Notes: generated by a model not told the origin, from the letters alone. A stretch of 64,000 nt of DNA from Phoronis australis (GCA_002633005.1 NMRA01000297.1:462993-526992); one strand, 5' to 3'. Numbered from the stretch's first letter, positions 39,422 through 52,204 are shown. Numbers and translations are program-made.

Positions 39422-40295
39422 GTAAGAACGTTACCATGGAAACAATCTACTTGCTGACGAGCCAATCGTCATAGCCACGAAATATTACGAGCGACCATCC
39501 CGTCCAAAAAATTAAGAAGCTAAGTGGTATTAGTAGCTTGTACGTTAATGACTAATGATCATGCACGGCACTATACTCGAGCACAACAACGCGAAGTACC
39601 TGTACCTGACCAAGCATCATGTTTCTTTTCCAAAAATCATGATGTATGAGTAGTCCCACTTGAAGCCAGTTTTCTAATGGTAAGTGAATTAAGCCTACAT
39701 CCCAGGGCAGTGAGTCGTACATGTATTTTTTCCTCAAGTCTGTTGTGTTCAATGATATTCACTAGGTGTGGAAATAAGGAAAGGCCTTTCTTTAACAGCT
39801 GTGCTAAGTCCTTTGACCGAAGGCAGTGGCAAAGGACTTGCAGTAAGGAATCTTTGCTTGGAAATGACAAAGTAACTTCTGTCCCACAATTCAACATCTC
39901 CCGATCTCACGGACCAATCAGTTCAATGCTCGCCATTTTGCTACAATACCCTACTGATTAAGCTGTGGGGCTCAGTTACGGGTGAAAATTGCCTTTTACT
40001 TAATTGGGAGATGTTGCGTAGTCTTGCGTGAACTTACTTTGTCGTCCCCAGAGAGATTGAGAGCAGAAACTAGGCCACCAGCCTGTAGACTTTTATGGGC
40101 TAAGGATGCCACGTGACTTGAAAGGTGACATACGCTGGAAGGACCATACTTCTGTTAATGAATTCCGAGTCGCCTATTCACCATCGCATACCTTCTTTGG
40201 AATTGAGAAATGCGTGCATATTCTTAGTATTCGTGTCTAAATACTGAGCTGCGAATTTCATGACGCCAACACTGTCCTTGTCGTTTCTGTCCCAG

Positions 40296-40466
40296 ATACA
40301 AACAACACCGAACTCAGAACGCTTGCGCACAACGTGGACACGATGATGGCGAGCGGTAATATTTCGTTTGAAGTCAACGGAACAACGTACAAGCCCAGTG
40401 CAAATATGACCAGTGAGTTGAACTGCTCCTCAGGCTCAATTCTCGCATTTAACGGAGACACATGTG
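40296..40466 (+). CDS. Exon: second half of linker 2
   Basis: ctgtcccag|..TGTG|gtaagt; DTNNTELRTLAHNVDTMMASGNISFEVNGTTY...LNCSSGSILAFNGDTC; ends with the same CxxGxx..C motif as 12434-12674. Confidence 0.85.
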
Positions 40467-41197
40467 GTAAGTTTATACATTTAGTAACTGTGCAATTTTA
40501 TCCGTGATATCTGTCAAGGCGACAGTACTAATTTTATTTTTCATGATGATGGTGTCTTTAAAATTTCCATAGCAACCTGCAATTGAGTGCTACATTTTAG
40601 ACTTATTACTTTACAAAACACATAAGCAAATAAAATTAATCAAACATTAGAAAAAATATTGACCTTATTAAGTAATTGCTCCCATTTTCTAAGATGGCCA
40701 CCATTCAATGAAACTTTATTGCCGATGGCCATCATGTAAATGAAAGAGATTCATAATTAGAAAAGGGAGTGTTTTTTAAAAAGAGATGAAACTGATCACA
40801 TGAAAGCACAATTCAATTGAGAAAGTAGTATTCTTTTAAAATATGTTGCCATAGTAACTCATAATTCAAAGTGGCCGCCGTTAAACTTTAATGAATATAT
40901 AAATTAAGTTAACCAATTGCCAGATTCTACAATAATTCATAAAATATTTATAAACGACTCTTGACACGCAACTCCTTGGTTTACCCAGTAGCATATCTAG
41001 GATATCACAAGGCGGGCTAACATTTTGTCTGTAAGCATTTGCGCAACCTACGATTGTAGATGCGCATAGCACCGAATGGGCGGGAGGAGGGTTTGTTTTT
41101 TAACTAAAAATCAAGCATTTTCCTTGATTCCTGAAGTATTATCCAAAAAAGGCAAATAAAAAACGGAGAGCGTGTCAAACAGGAGAAACTACAAATA

Positions 41198-41260
41198 CCC
41201 CAGACTCGAACTCAAGACCTGGCGGATAGAGCGCGTGCTTTACCACTACACCACCACGAC
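41198..41260 (-). mobile_element. tRNA-derived SINE head or tRNA pseudogene fragment
   Basis: Reverse strand gtggTGGTGTAGTGGTaaagc...gtcttgaGTTCGAGTCtgggg (A and B boxes), anticodon arm shortened. Confidence 0.55.
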
Positions 41261-42734
41261 TTAAAGGCGAAGGCAACCTTTTTCCATGTCATTTTGAGTT
41301 AAAATAAGGTTGGTTGGTTATCCTAGACATATTTTTCACTTAATTACAGCTTTTCGTAATTTTATTAATTATTCATCCGCTTTTCCGGAAGTGACGTTTT
41401 AGGAGGCAAGCGCTTCCCGCCAATNTTCACTAAGGCTTCGATTAAAATTCACATCTTACCAGCAGCTTCTGTTTTTTCATCGTCACTCAGGTTCCATTTT
41501 CTTTAAAAAATGAAGTAATTTTCTTCATTGCACAGTGGAGCAGATGACGAAAACGGAATCGTAGTGCGCAGCGCCACTGCCGGTCGCCTGGGATATCGCG
41601 GGAGAGTCTATACCTAGTCATAGTTCCCTTACGATTGCGCCGTGTTCCGAATTTTACACTTGGAATTGGATCTGAGCCCCCTCCCCCAACACTAAAAGAG
41701 CACACATTTAAATCTTGTTTCATCCGTATAATTTTAATTACCGGGGTTAATTAATAAACTCAACATTTCCCTACGCTCTTGCTGTTTTAGTTTTTTGCGG
41801 CAGCCAAGGGGGGAGGGGGGGCTAAATCCGCCTATGTTACCCAAACATCATAGAAACCATACATTGACAATAAATTGCGGACTGACCTTGCCCAATTATA
41901 CATATGTCTACCATTTTATCTAGTCTGTACAACATGTTGGAAGCGGCCCTTGGATAACGTTCCTGTGGCATATTAAACATTTTAAACCAGTTACAGCTAA
42001 CAAAGTATCTCGTAAATATAGGGTATCTGCCACATTCACCCAATACTGCATCACTACAGAAGGGACCGCCAAGTCCCGAGGTCCATTTAAAAATTTTATT
42101 GAATTTTTCTAAACACTTGTATTCTTAAAAACCCCAAATCTCTGCACACAATGTTTGGTACATCAATTTATCAAATATCTGAAAGGCAAGTGATGGGGGC
42201 ATATGCACTGTACTTTCCAAACACGTGATGCAGCTTTATTTGCTTAACGAGACAGTTTTTGTAATTTTCTCAGTACTTGAACCCTGAATCCCAAACTGTC
42301 CGGAGTAACTATATGCTGCCACGGAGCAAGCAGACGACAAAATCAGTCGACACTGAAGTTTGAATTTTGCAATTGCATGACCAGTAGCATTGCCAAAAGT
42401 ACTCACGATACCAACAGTTCTACTACTGGAAGACTTTGAACAGCGTTTCAAAGAAATTATTTTTTTCGTTGCACTGGACAGTAAACTAGATGCGAGAACT
42501 TCTCGTCACAAAACACTAACCGGAAGCTGAAATTGGTAATTTAGGAGAGTGTGGAGAGTGTCGCCTCCTCTAGGATACTACGCAAGAAAATGTCAGAGTT
42601 GCGAATCTGTTGTCTATAATCTATGATAACACATACTGTATAGTATAGTATACTGGAGAATAGGTTCGTCATTGGTCTCTAGAGACATTGTAGATGTAAA
42701 AAGTCACTTACTTAGAGACGTGCTTGGTTGTTAG

Positions 42735-42772
42735 CGGGCGTTTCGACCTGGTCCGTCAGGTTTTTGTCGATG
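42735..42772 (-). ncRNA. Degenerate hammerhead-type motif in Penelope pLTR
   Basis: Reverse complement catcgacaaaaacctgacggaccaggtcgaaacgcccg; stem II mismatched, GTC changed to GCC. Confidence 0.45.
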
Positions 42773-44067
42773 AACGAGGGATTTCTCGCCTTTCTCCAAG
42801 TTAAGAATGCTAGAGTTCACGCGGGTAAGTGTAGTCCTCAATCCCGGTTCAGGAGGGGCGCTGACTGTTGGTGTTTATGGCCTCTTTGAGCTTACGAGTA
42901 TGCCAATTTTGTTCCTTGGCTAGGATCCTGGATGACGCCAAAATATGTCCCCCCACAGCTGATGGTCTGTCTAATTTCAGATGTTCTTTAAATTTGGTAA
43001 GGAACGGTCTCTTGGTTTCTCCAATGTAGGTGTGGTTGGGATCCTGGTCACATTTCAGCTAGTATATGACCCCACATTGCTGAGCCATCGGGGTTGGATC
43101 TTTGGGTCTGACTAGTAGAGAACGGAGGGTGTTGATAGGTTTCATGCAAGAGGAAATTCCGTGGGTTCTGTAGGTGTATTGTAGGCTTTCAGATATTCCT
43201 CTTATGTATGGGATGGCAACGGAGAGACCATCGAGTTTTCCAGTAGATTTACGACTATGGGGGTCAGTAAACATCCATTTCTGGTTTCCATTAGCTCGCA
43301 AAGCATCTTCAACGTGGTCCATCGCTTCGACATATTCACCGTAGCCAGTGATGTAACGATCAGCACTATCCAGGAGGGTACGGGCGACAGATAAATTGTG
43401 CTTCAGGGGGTGGTTGGAAGAAAACTGGAGGTCTTGGTCCGTATGTGTCGGTTTCCTGTAGATCTTGATTTTGATGGGGCCATTATCGACCACGTGTATG
43501 CATAGATCCAAGAACGGCAAGGTTACGTTGATTTCTGTCTCCATGGTGAAGTGAATGCAGTTGTCAATATTGTTGATGTGATCAGTGAAGGTGAGAATGT
43601 CATTTTCCGGAAAGCATGACATAAGTGTCGTCCACGTATCTGCGCCAGATGGGTTGGGGTCTGGGTACCGACGCCAAAGCAGTCTGTTCAAACTCTTCCA
43701 TGAATATGTCGGCTATGATGGGAGACACAGGGATCCCAAAGACCCAACCCGATGGCTAAATAATGCGGGGTTATATACCAGCTACACCTAGATTGGAGAA
43801 ACCAAGAGACCGTTCCTTGCCAGATTCAAAGAACATCTGAAACTAGACAGACCAACAGCTGTTGGGGAACATATTTTGGCGACTGGGCACACCATCTCTC
43901 TTGCGTCATCCAGGATCCTAGCCAAGAAACAAAATTGGCATAGTCGTAAGCTCAAAGGGGCCATAAACATCAACAGTCAGCGCCCCCTCCTGAACCGGGA
44001 CAGAGGACTCCACTTACCCCGGGGACTCCAGCATTCTTAACGAGCGAAAGGCGGGAAATCCCTCATT

Positions 44068-44105
44068 CATCGACAAAGACCTGGCGGACCAGGTCGAAAC
44101 GTCTG
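44068..44105 (+). ncRNA. Minimal type I hammerhead-type ribozyme motif in Penelope pLTR
   Basis: ca TCGACAA A gacctgg-cgga-ccaggtc GAAA cg TC tg: perfect 7-bp stem II, palindromic ACGT stem III, U3:A8 core variant. Confidence 0.6.
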
Positions 44106-44152
44106 CTAACAACCAACCACGTCACTGAGTAAGTGACTTTTTACATCTACTA

Positions 44153-44303
44153 GAATAGTATACTGTATAGCACATACTGTATAGTATAGTATAGTATAGT
44201 ATAGTATAGTATATTATAGTGTAGTATAGTATAGTACAGTATAGTATAGTATAGTGTGTAGCAAATACTATATAGTATAGTATACTGTATAGCTCATACT
44301 GTA
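44153..44303. repeat. (TATAG)n microsatellite
   Basis: atagtatagt arrays; shorter tract at 42632-42652 on the other side of the Penelope element. Confidence 0.9.
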
Positions 44304-44366
44304 AGAGTAAAATAAACGTGAAATCATTTCATGTCATTGTTCTTGTCGTTGTTTGTTCTTGTGTAG

Positions 44367-44540
44367 TGAGGTGTCGGTCTGGGACATATTACACAGAAAA
44401 TGCAAACGACAACGAGGAAATTGCATGTGCATTGTGCCCTTTTGGTTACTATCAGCCGCAGGAAGGACAACAGACCTGTCTCGAGTGTGATGTCGGATAC
44501 TCCACGAAAGATCGCGGTGCAAGTAATCAAACGCAGTGCG
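44367..44540 (+). CDS. Exon: ephrin-receptor-like Cys-rich domain
   Basis: cttgtgtag|..TGCG|gtatgt; RCRSGTYY...CALCPFGYYQPQEGQQTCLECDVGYSTKDRGASNQTQC. Confidence 0.92.
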
Positions 44541-46268
44541 GTATGTTATTCTTTTTATAGAGAAATGATAATTCACTCATGTTATAAACACTACATGTAT
44601 ATCATACAAATCGTGAGCATAGACGCTTCGTCATCGCATCTGTACAGCCCCAAAATCATCGGTCGGGAATACCTCGGGCATTTTTGAATCCTGAAATTTG
44701 CTCTTGAATGTGTTTCATGTCGGCGTATGTTCGAGCTGCATTCACAACAATGTCATGTGGCTGATAGTTACATTATTAGAAAACCCTTCGTCTGTTCCAG
44801 ATACCAGAAGCAAAGGATAAATAATTGGCATGACAAATAATCATAATTTGCATACCTGGCAGGTTTAAAAAATGTTTAATGTTAAAAACCACGAGTGCTA
44901 CCAAAATGAAAATAACACCAGAGTGTGATAACGAAATCCTTCATGTATTAATTGACTGATTAATTAACTAATTAGTCAACTAATTAACTTATAGCAGCCA
45001 ATAATTTAGGGTGTAATAGTAACATTAATGAAGTTTTATGGTGGATAAGAATTGTAGACAAAGTTATCATTTATTGTGTAGCTTTGAAATTTACTGTAGA
45101 TAGCTAATAATATTGGGAGCAGTCCAGTGATTTGGAAATTAATGCATTTCGTTAGAAAGTACCGTGATACTGGTAAACGTACTGTGTTTCACCGTTAACA
45201 AGAGATATTAGGGCACATTTTTACGAGGTGCGTTACTGAAGAAATTGGACTCTGGAAAGCAACAATATTCGTAACAAAGATACAATGATATTTTAAACAC
45301 CCGTTGCAACATTCGAGAAAGAAACAACGGGACAACAGGATTAAAAACCTGGACATCTAAATAAAAAACGGGACATCTGTGTCTTTGCCAAAACGCAAGG
45401 GTAAAATGTTTGCCGCAATACACAAATTCGTCCTGACAGCGTTTTTTGTCGAATGGGAGACGTAACACCTGAGAGCACACCACGGCGTTTTTTGCGTTTT
45501 TAGTCAAGTAGGAAAGTGCAGAGCGGTAAAAATACCATCGAACGTCCCGTTCTTTACTTTTAGTGGAACGGGGAAAAGGGCTATATCGTGTAGATCACTG
45601 TAGTATTTGATAACATGTCAATTTCGCAATGTGTCAAAAACACCGAGGCATTTTGAAGGTGTGCCTGAACGACGGGAAAATTCAAAAGTGACACAGTCCG
45701 CCAAGACCGGGTCAATGACGCTACCTGTAGCGCTAAAATGGAATTGATTCTTTACGAGGTAAAGTTTTCATTTTTTAAATTTTATTCTACGGTAAATTCT
45801 ATAGATAACATATAGACCTACTCACGCGGCGGACATTAAAATCCAAAGCGAGGCTCACTGCGATAAACAAAGCGGAAATTTACATTGCGTGAGTTAAATG
45901 GCCTTTCGAGTCCAACCTGGACATTAAATCTTAAAAATGTATCAATAATTAACCGCAGAGACGTAGAAACTACATTAGAGAACAAATCAATGCACCAAAG
46001 AGTTATCTGACTGTCAGACGATTGTCTGTGGGGGTTTGTTTAAAAGGTAGCTATGCTTTGAAGTTGTGCGTAGATGGAGAGTGAATAATCAAATCCAGTA
46101 ATTAATTTATTATATGATAACCCCTAATTAGACAAATGAAACCTATTGTTAATTAAGTAATCAACTACAAAGAGAAACTACGCTAGCGCCCTCTTTAAAG
46201 ATTACTTTAATCAAACAACCAAACGATCAAATATCTTATCTGCTATCCAAGCTAGGACTCTCCACTTG

Positions 46269-46947
46269 NNNNNNNNNNNNNNNNNNNNNNNNNNNNNNNN
46301 NNNNNNNNNNNNNNNNNNNNNNNNNNNNNNNNNNNNNNNNNNNNNNNNNNNNNNNNNNNNNNNNNNNNNNNNNNNNNNNNNNNNNNNNNNNNNNNNNNNN
46401 NNNNNNNNNNNNNNNNNNNNNNNNNNNNNNNNNNNNNNNNNNNNNNNNNNNNNNNNNNNNNNNNNNNNNNNNNNNNNNNNNNNNNNNNNNNNNNNNNNNN
46501 NNNNNNNNNNNNNNNNNNNNNNNNNNNNNNNNNNNNNNNNNNNNNNNNNNNNNNNNNNNNNNNNNNNNNNNNNNNNNNNNNNNNNNNNNNNNNNNNNNNN
46601 NNNNNNNNNNNNNNNNNNNNNNNNNNNNNNNNNNNNNNNNNNNNNNNNNNNNNNNNNNNNNNNNNNNNNNNNNNNNNNNNNNNNNNNNNNNNNNNNNNNN
46701 NNNNNNNNNNNNNNNNNNNNNNNNNNNNNNNNNNNNNNNNNNNNNNNNNNNNNNNNNNNNNNNNNNNNNNNNNNNNNNNNNNNNNNNNNNNNNNNNNNNN
46801 NNNNNNNNNNNNNNNNNNNNNNNNNNNNNNNNNNNNNNNNNNNNNNNNNNNNNNNNNNNNNNNNNNNNNNNNNNNNNNNNNNNNNNNNNNNNNNNNNNNN
46901 NNNNNNNNNNNNNNNNNNNNNNNNNNNNNNNNNNNNNNNNNNNNNNN
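46269..46947. other. Assembly gap (N run); single Ns also at 8120, 29950, 41426
   Basis: N characters. Confidence 1.
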
Positions 46948-49040
46948 CGGCGATCGTCACGGTAGTGTTACGGATTAGGTATTATGCTAAATGCAGGGTT
47001 ACGTTTCTTGTAAATTGTTGACTAAAATGCTTTCTACACGAACCAGGTCATCTGCTTGTACAGTGTTGTTGACCAGTTGACGATATATTCGACAATGGTA
47101 ACTCATCGCATTTTGCTGTCGTGTGCACTGATTAGTCACATCTGGTTTAATTCTGTGATCAAAAGTATTAACATTAAGCATATAGCCTATGTCCTGGTGA
47201 GCTAGGGACTACCGGGACTGACAAGTGATTTGTCATTCATCTGAAAGAATAACTGATGTTAATAAATATATTTTTATTAAAATAAAAAACAGGCTCGTAA
47301 TTGAAAATAAAACTTATTTGACCATTTTTTTTAAATTTTGAAAAAATATAAAAAACGAGGACAGCCTCAGAAATCGCTTTTGCATTATATCCAGGTTCTC
47401 ATTCACTCCCTTGCACACATTCACAAGTAATTATTTGACCATCAATTCTGTTTTCTTGGTTTTAATAATTCTTATAAACGTCTATTTCATGTGTTAGGTT
47501 TCAAATATTAATCTGGACGAAGTCGAATTTTAAAATTAAAACACATAACGCGTTCATCCAAAGCATTACCTTGTTTTTGAGCTCAATTTCAGTTAACTGC
47601 ACAGACACAGCAAACGTTTTTTCAGGGCGGCCTCGTTCATCCGGGGAAAGGTGCTTGTGTGCCTTCGTGAGAGGGGTTATTTTTTCGCCTAGTGAGGGAA
47701 AAATCTACCTCCCAATCATCATTAATAGTACACCCGCCCTGTGCTCTTTCAAATTGTCACCTGTTTGGAAACAAAACTTCGGAGAGAACTTTTCAATCAC
47801 AAGGGAATTTTTAGGGCCTCGTGGGGGGAATTTCGGGGGATTTTTAATATTTTTGAGAGGGAAATAGGGCTGATATTCGGCCCCAAAATCGAGGGATTGG
47901 GGGCCCTGTCTTTTTTCGAAAGAAACACGCATCATCTTTCAACCCGTAGTCATGAAAACACAGCCTGGCTGACAGAAGATTCTCCGGTCGTTGCTATGAC
48001 GCTCGGCAACCGAGATGCGACAAAATATGATCTAACTTTTCCAAAGCTTTTACAAATTTTACAAGGACATATTTTACTTCGTCGCGCGTATGACAGCGAC
48101 CCAACGCTTCCGATTGTCAACGTCCTCAGGGATTGTGAAACAGAAAGTTGAGTGTCCGTATTTTTTCTAGCCGTTAGAGCAACGCGGAATGCAACCAGTA
48201 AGCCAACGGAGATATCGTAGCCAGCCTCGTTTTGGAACGCGACTCCTGTCGGCGTGAATTAGGTCAATATTGCTCAGAATTAACATAATTTCTCACATGA
48301 CCTGGAATGTGATACGGCACGACTGGTTAATAGCAAAGAGTACGTAATTTTTTGATACTATATAGGCGAATCACAGATAGTGGAAAGTAGAAACTCATAC
48401 GTTTTACATTTTATCGTCTGCAAAACTCTAAAACAACCAAACAATGTCGGAATTCCGAGAAGGTAACAAGATTATGATTGAAAAATCGGGTATCGGAAGG
48501 ACATGCAAACAACTTTTTAAAGTCACCCATCTTCGGCGGCAAATTCTATATCCACATTCATTTAAACGGCGACGAGCCCCAACTTGAGAAACGCGGGAGA
48601 CAGTCTAGATATGCTGTCTCAAGGTCAATTCAGTGCTCACGCGCAGGGAAGCCTAGCAGACTGTTATTTATCAACATTTTTTAAAGTTTTGATATTACAA
48701 CTTCAAAGACTATTTATTAGATTCTAACTTGAATATTTGCTACGAAAGATGAATGCAATTTACAATTGTTAAGCTTAAAATAAAACTATTAACAATTAAT
48801 TTACATTGCGTAAGCGTGTTTTTACAAACAATGCATCATGTGGTTGAAAGTTTTAGACACGTCGAGTTTTTCGGCAAAAAAGATCGCTTTAACGATTCAT
48901 GTGAGAAAACAAATCATACACTCGTCTCAGATTGATGATATGGGCAAAACCTCTTGGAAATTTCGTCAAAATCCCGCGGCAAGCCTCGGGATTTTGACAA
49001 AATTTCCAAGAGGTTTGCCCATGTTCTAAACTTGAGACTC

Positions 49041-50875
49041 GTCGATGAATGAGGGAATTCCCGCCTTTCGCTCTTTAAGAATGCTAGAGTAAACGGGGGG
49101 TTGGGGGGGTGGGGTAAGTGGAGTCCTCTGTCCCGGTTCAGGAGAGGGAGCTGACTGTTGATGTTTATGGTCTCTTTGAGCTTACGAGTATGCCAATTTT
49201 GTTCCTTGGCTAGGATCCTGGATGACGCAAAAGAGATGGTGTGCCCAGTCACCAAAATATGTTCCCCACAGCTGTTGGTCTGTCTAGTTTCAGATGTTCT
49301 TTGAATTTGGTAAGGAACGGAATCTTGGTTTCTCCAATGTAGTTGTGGATGGGATCCTGGTCACATTTCAGCTGGTATATGACCCCACATTGCTTAGCCA
49401 ACGGGGTTGGGTCTTTGGGTCTGAATAGTAGGGAACGGAGGGTGCTGATAGGTTTCATGTAAGAGGAAATTCCGTGGGTTCTGTAGGTGTGTTGTAGGCG
49501 TTCAGATATTCCTCTTATGTATGGGATGGCAACGAAGGGACCATCGAGTTTTTCAGTAGATTTACGACTAGGGGGGTCAGTAAACATATCCAATCCTGGT
49601 ATCCAGTAGCTCGCAAAGCATCTTCAAAGTGGTCCATTTCTTCGACATAGTCACGGTAGTCAGTGATGTAACGATCAGCTCTATCCAGGAGGGTACAGGT
49701 AACAGAATGTTTGTGCTTTAAAGTGTACACAACAAGACTCTAGTACCTCAAAATAAATTTTATTATTATATCTTACTTGATTTCAGTGCCTTTAGTGCAC
49801 AGCTCATAAAGAAACACGTAAAAATTGAAAAAATAATAATTATGTACAACGTCATGGGTTGAACCCTAGTCGTTCGGATCAGAGACAATTAAGAGTGAAG
49901 TGAAATCAAAGTACATTTAGCGCCGAGAAGGTTCGTAGAGGGATCAAAAGATGTGTTTTCGGAGGCTGCAGCAACAGCAGCCAGGCGGAGAATGTCTCGG
50001 TGTTCCGAAGGACACCAAAGTTGCGCAGAAGTGACATAGCTTCGTGCGCCGAACGAGAGTGTGGGACCTCATCGTGGACCAAGCGATTCTGTCCGGGGCC
50101 ATTCTGTGTTCTGCCCACTTTGAGGACTCGTGTTTCGACTCCAGTCACAGGAGATGTTACGATGAAGGCCTGGTTCAATAAAGGACAATATTTATCATTC
50201 AGAAACACCGGTTCTTACTTCAGGATCGTCTGTTGGATGACTGGGTTGACTCGCCGAGCCCGAGGCCGCTTCTCTCACGGGAGGATTCAGTTCGTAAGGT
50301 TCAAAGTAGAAAATTACGCAGCCGGAAGCACATCAAACTTGTTCTCGCTTTCGTGCAACCCCATTTCCTCATCCTGGCCACCATTCCCGTACGTTTCTTC
50401 ATAGTATTCATTCAATTCTTGCTCATAATCGTCGTCGCTTTCAAATTCACTGATCTCCGCCATTGTTCAATGCTAGTCACTGATCTCTTGTGTTCAACCC
50501 GTGACGTCACATGGCGGAAAATGTGAAAATTGGTAAAATTGAAAGAAAAATCAAAATTTCGAGCTAATTACACAAAATAAACATGGGTTTACCTAGATTT
50601 TACGTCATACATTTAGTCTGTGGCCACCGGTAATTCAAAACGCGCAAAAATCCATGGTGTGTACTGTTTAAGGGGTGGTTGGAAGAAAACTGGAGGTATT
50701 GGTCCGTATGTGTCGGTTTCTTGTAGATCTTGATTTTGATGGAGCCATTATCGACCACGTGTATGCATAGATCCAAGAACGGTAAGGTTCTGTTGATTTC
50801 AGTCTCGATGGTGAATTGAATGCAGTTGTCAATACTGTTGATGTGAAGGTGGAGATTTCATTTTTCGGGAGAATG
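49041..50875 (-). mobile_element. Second Penelope-like copy, split by a THAP element
   Basis: 49041-49717 and 50672-50875 are colinear with 42767-43620; GVIYQLKCDQDPIHNYIGETK; ends within the hammerhead core. Confidence 0.9.
49722..50667 (+). mobile_element. Second Kolobok-like family: TTAA-flanked element with frameshifted THAP (about 49940-50140)
   Basis: TTAA|agtgtacacaac ... ggtgtgtactgt|TTAA; KRCVFGGCSNS and ILCSAHFEDSCF; removing it restores the Penelope sequence. Confidence 0.82.
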
Positions 50876-51251
50876 ACCAAAGTGACCCCCCCTAGTCTTT
50901 CTTTTCTCGACTGTCCCCGCCCCATGCGTATGTCGGTTGCCACGGTTTAGCCCTGACGCTCCCGCTTCCTACGGCCCTGAATAAGTTCTCGTGTTCTTAG
51001 TACTCTAAATAAACTTGTTTTTGTTTGCATACTCCTCAGTTAATTGTATTAAATGAAAGTAGTTTGGTTGGGAAATAACTATTTTAAGACACCTATTCCT
51101 CTTTGGTGAGAACCTGATATAAGTATGTCTATTGCGCGTTAGTACATGCATGTGCGCACTTTGTGGTCAATCAGTATGTGATGATTGGTTTACGCTAACG
51201 CGCCTATCATTCCGCTGTACATGTATAGTAAGTTAGGGGATTATCTTACAG

Positions 51252-51884
51252 AGATCTGCAGTGCTGGACAGTACCACACAAAACATGCTCAGTACAGACA
51301 CGGCAAAGAATGCCTCATGTGTGACTCAGGACATTTTCAGCCATATCAGGGGCAAGAACAGTGTATACCGTGTAATCCTGGTCACTTCCAATCACAAAAG
51401 GGTCAGACGTCTTGCCACCAGTGTATGAATGGCACACACCAGCCGGAACAAGGGCAGTCTAATTGTACCCTGTGTGAAAGTGGCCATTATCAACATCAAA
51501 CCGGCCAGGCAACATGTTCTCCATGTGATGCTGGGCATTATCAGCCAGAACAAGGGCAAACCTCTTGCTTGCAATGTGCACCAGGTTACTACCAGGGGGA
51601 AAGAGGACAACCTATGTGTCTACAGTGCAGTGCAGGGTATCATCAAATGCAGTATGGCAAAACACAATGCTTTCCATGTAACCAAGGTTTCCATCAACCT
51701 GCTTCTGGCCAGGTCACGTGTCAACCGTGTGAAGTAGGCCAATATCAAGCTGAAGTTGGTCAAACCACGTGTCGTCCATGCGATCTTGGATTCTACCAAT
51801 CAGCTCAAGGGCAATCCGCATGTATACTGTGTCCCGCTGGAACAACGACTGAGGGCATTGGTTCCAAAAATGAATCTGCGTGTG
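51252..51884 (+). CDS. Exon: ten tandem 17-aa CxxCxxGxxQxxxGQxx repeats (expanded ephrin-receptor-like/GCC unit)
   Basis: tcttacag|AGATC..TGTG|gtaaga; 633 nt, phase 1-1. Confidence 0.92.
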
Positions 51885-52204
51885 GTAAGATGTTAATTTG
51901 TCTCTAACTCCCCTAAACGCTAGATCTGAAACTGTGGAATTTACTCATTGCACACTTCCTTTCACTGCGTCTCTTGTCAGACAACTTTTGACAGGTTAAT
52001 AGCAGTTTTTTGACAATTTCATATTGTGTCTGGATAGCAGGATAGAATCTATGTTTCCATTAGACCCTTTGTTTCCTGTAAAATTCGTATTTAGCTTTAT
52101 TTATCAGCTGTTGACAAAACGGTTGTAATTTAAATCTTGTTCATTTTTTTCCACTTCCAAAATTGATGTTCACCTGATGCCACTTGAATTGATGCTGTAA
52201 CAAG

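Larger units (their letters stand above)
42652..44152 (-). mobile_element. Penelope-like retroelement: 5'-truncated RT/GIY-YIG on the minus strand plus inverted pLTR (about 43733-44152) on the plus strand
   Basis: PVSPIIADIFMEEFE, WRRYVDD, LPFLDL, YRKPTHTDQ, IPYIRGISE, GVIY*LKC..YIGETKR; stops and frameshifts; flanked by (TATAG)n. Confidence 0.92.

Noticed and set aside
41198-41260. Functional tRNA gene
   Set aside because: A and B boxes present but anticodon arm and acceptor stem are incomplete; better read as a SINE head
46211-47021. Two roughly 250-aa ORFs in the track
   Set aside because: Artefacts of translating the N gap
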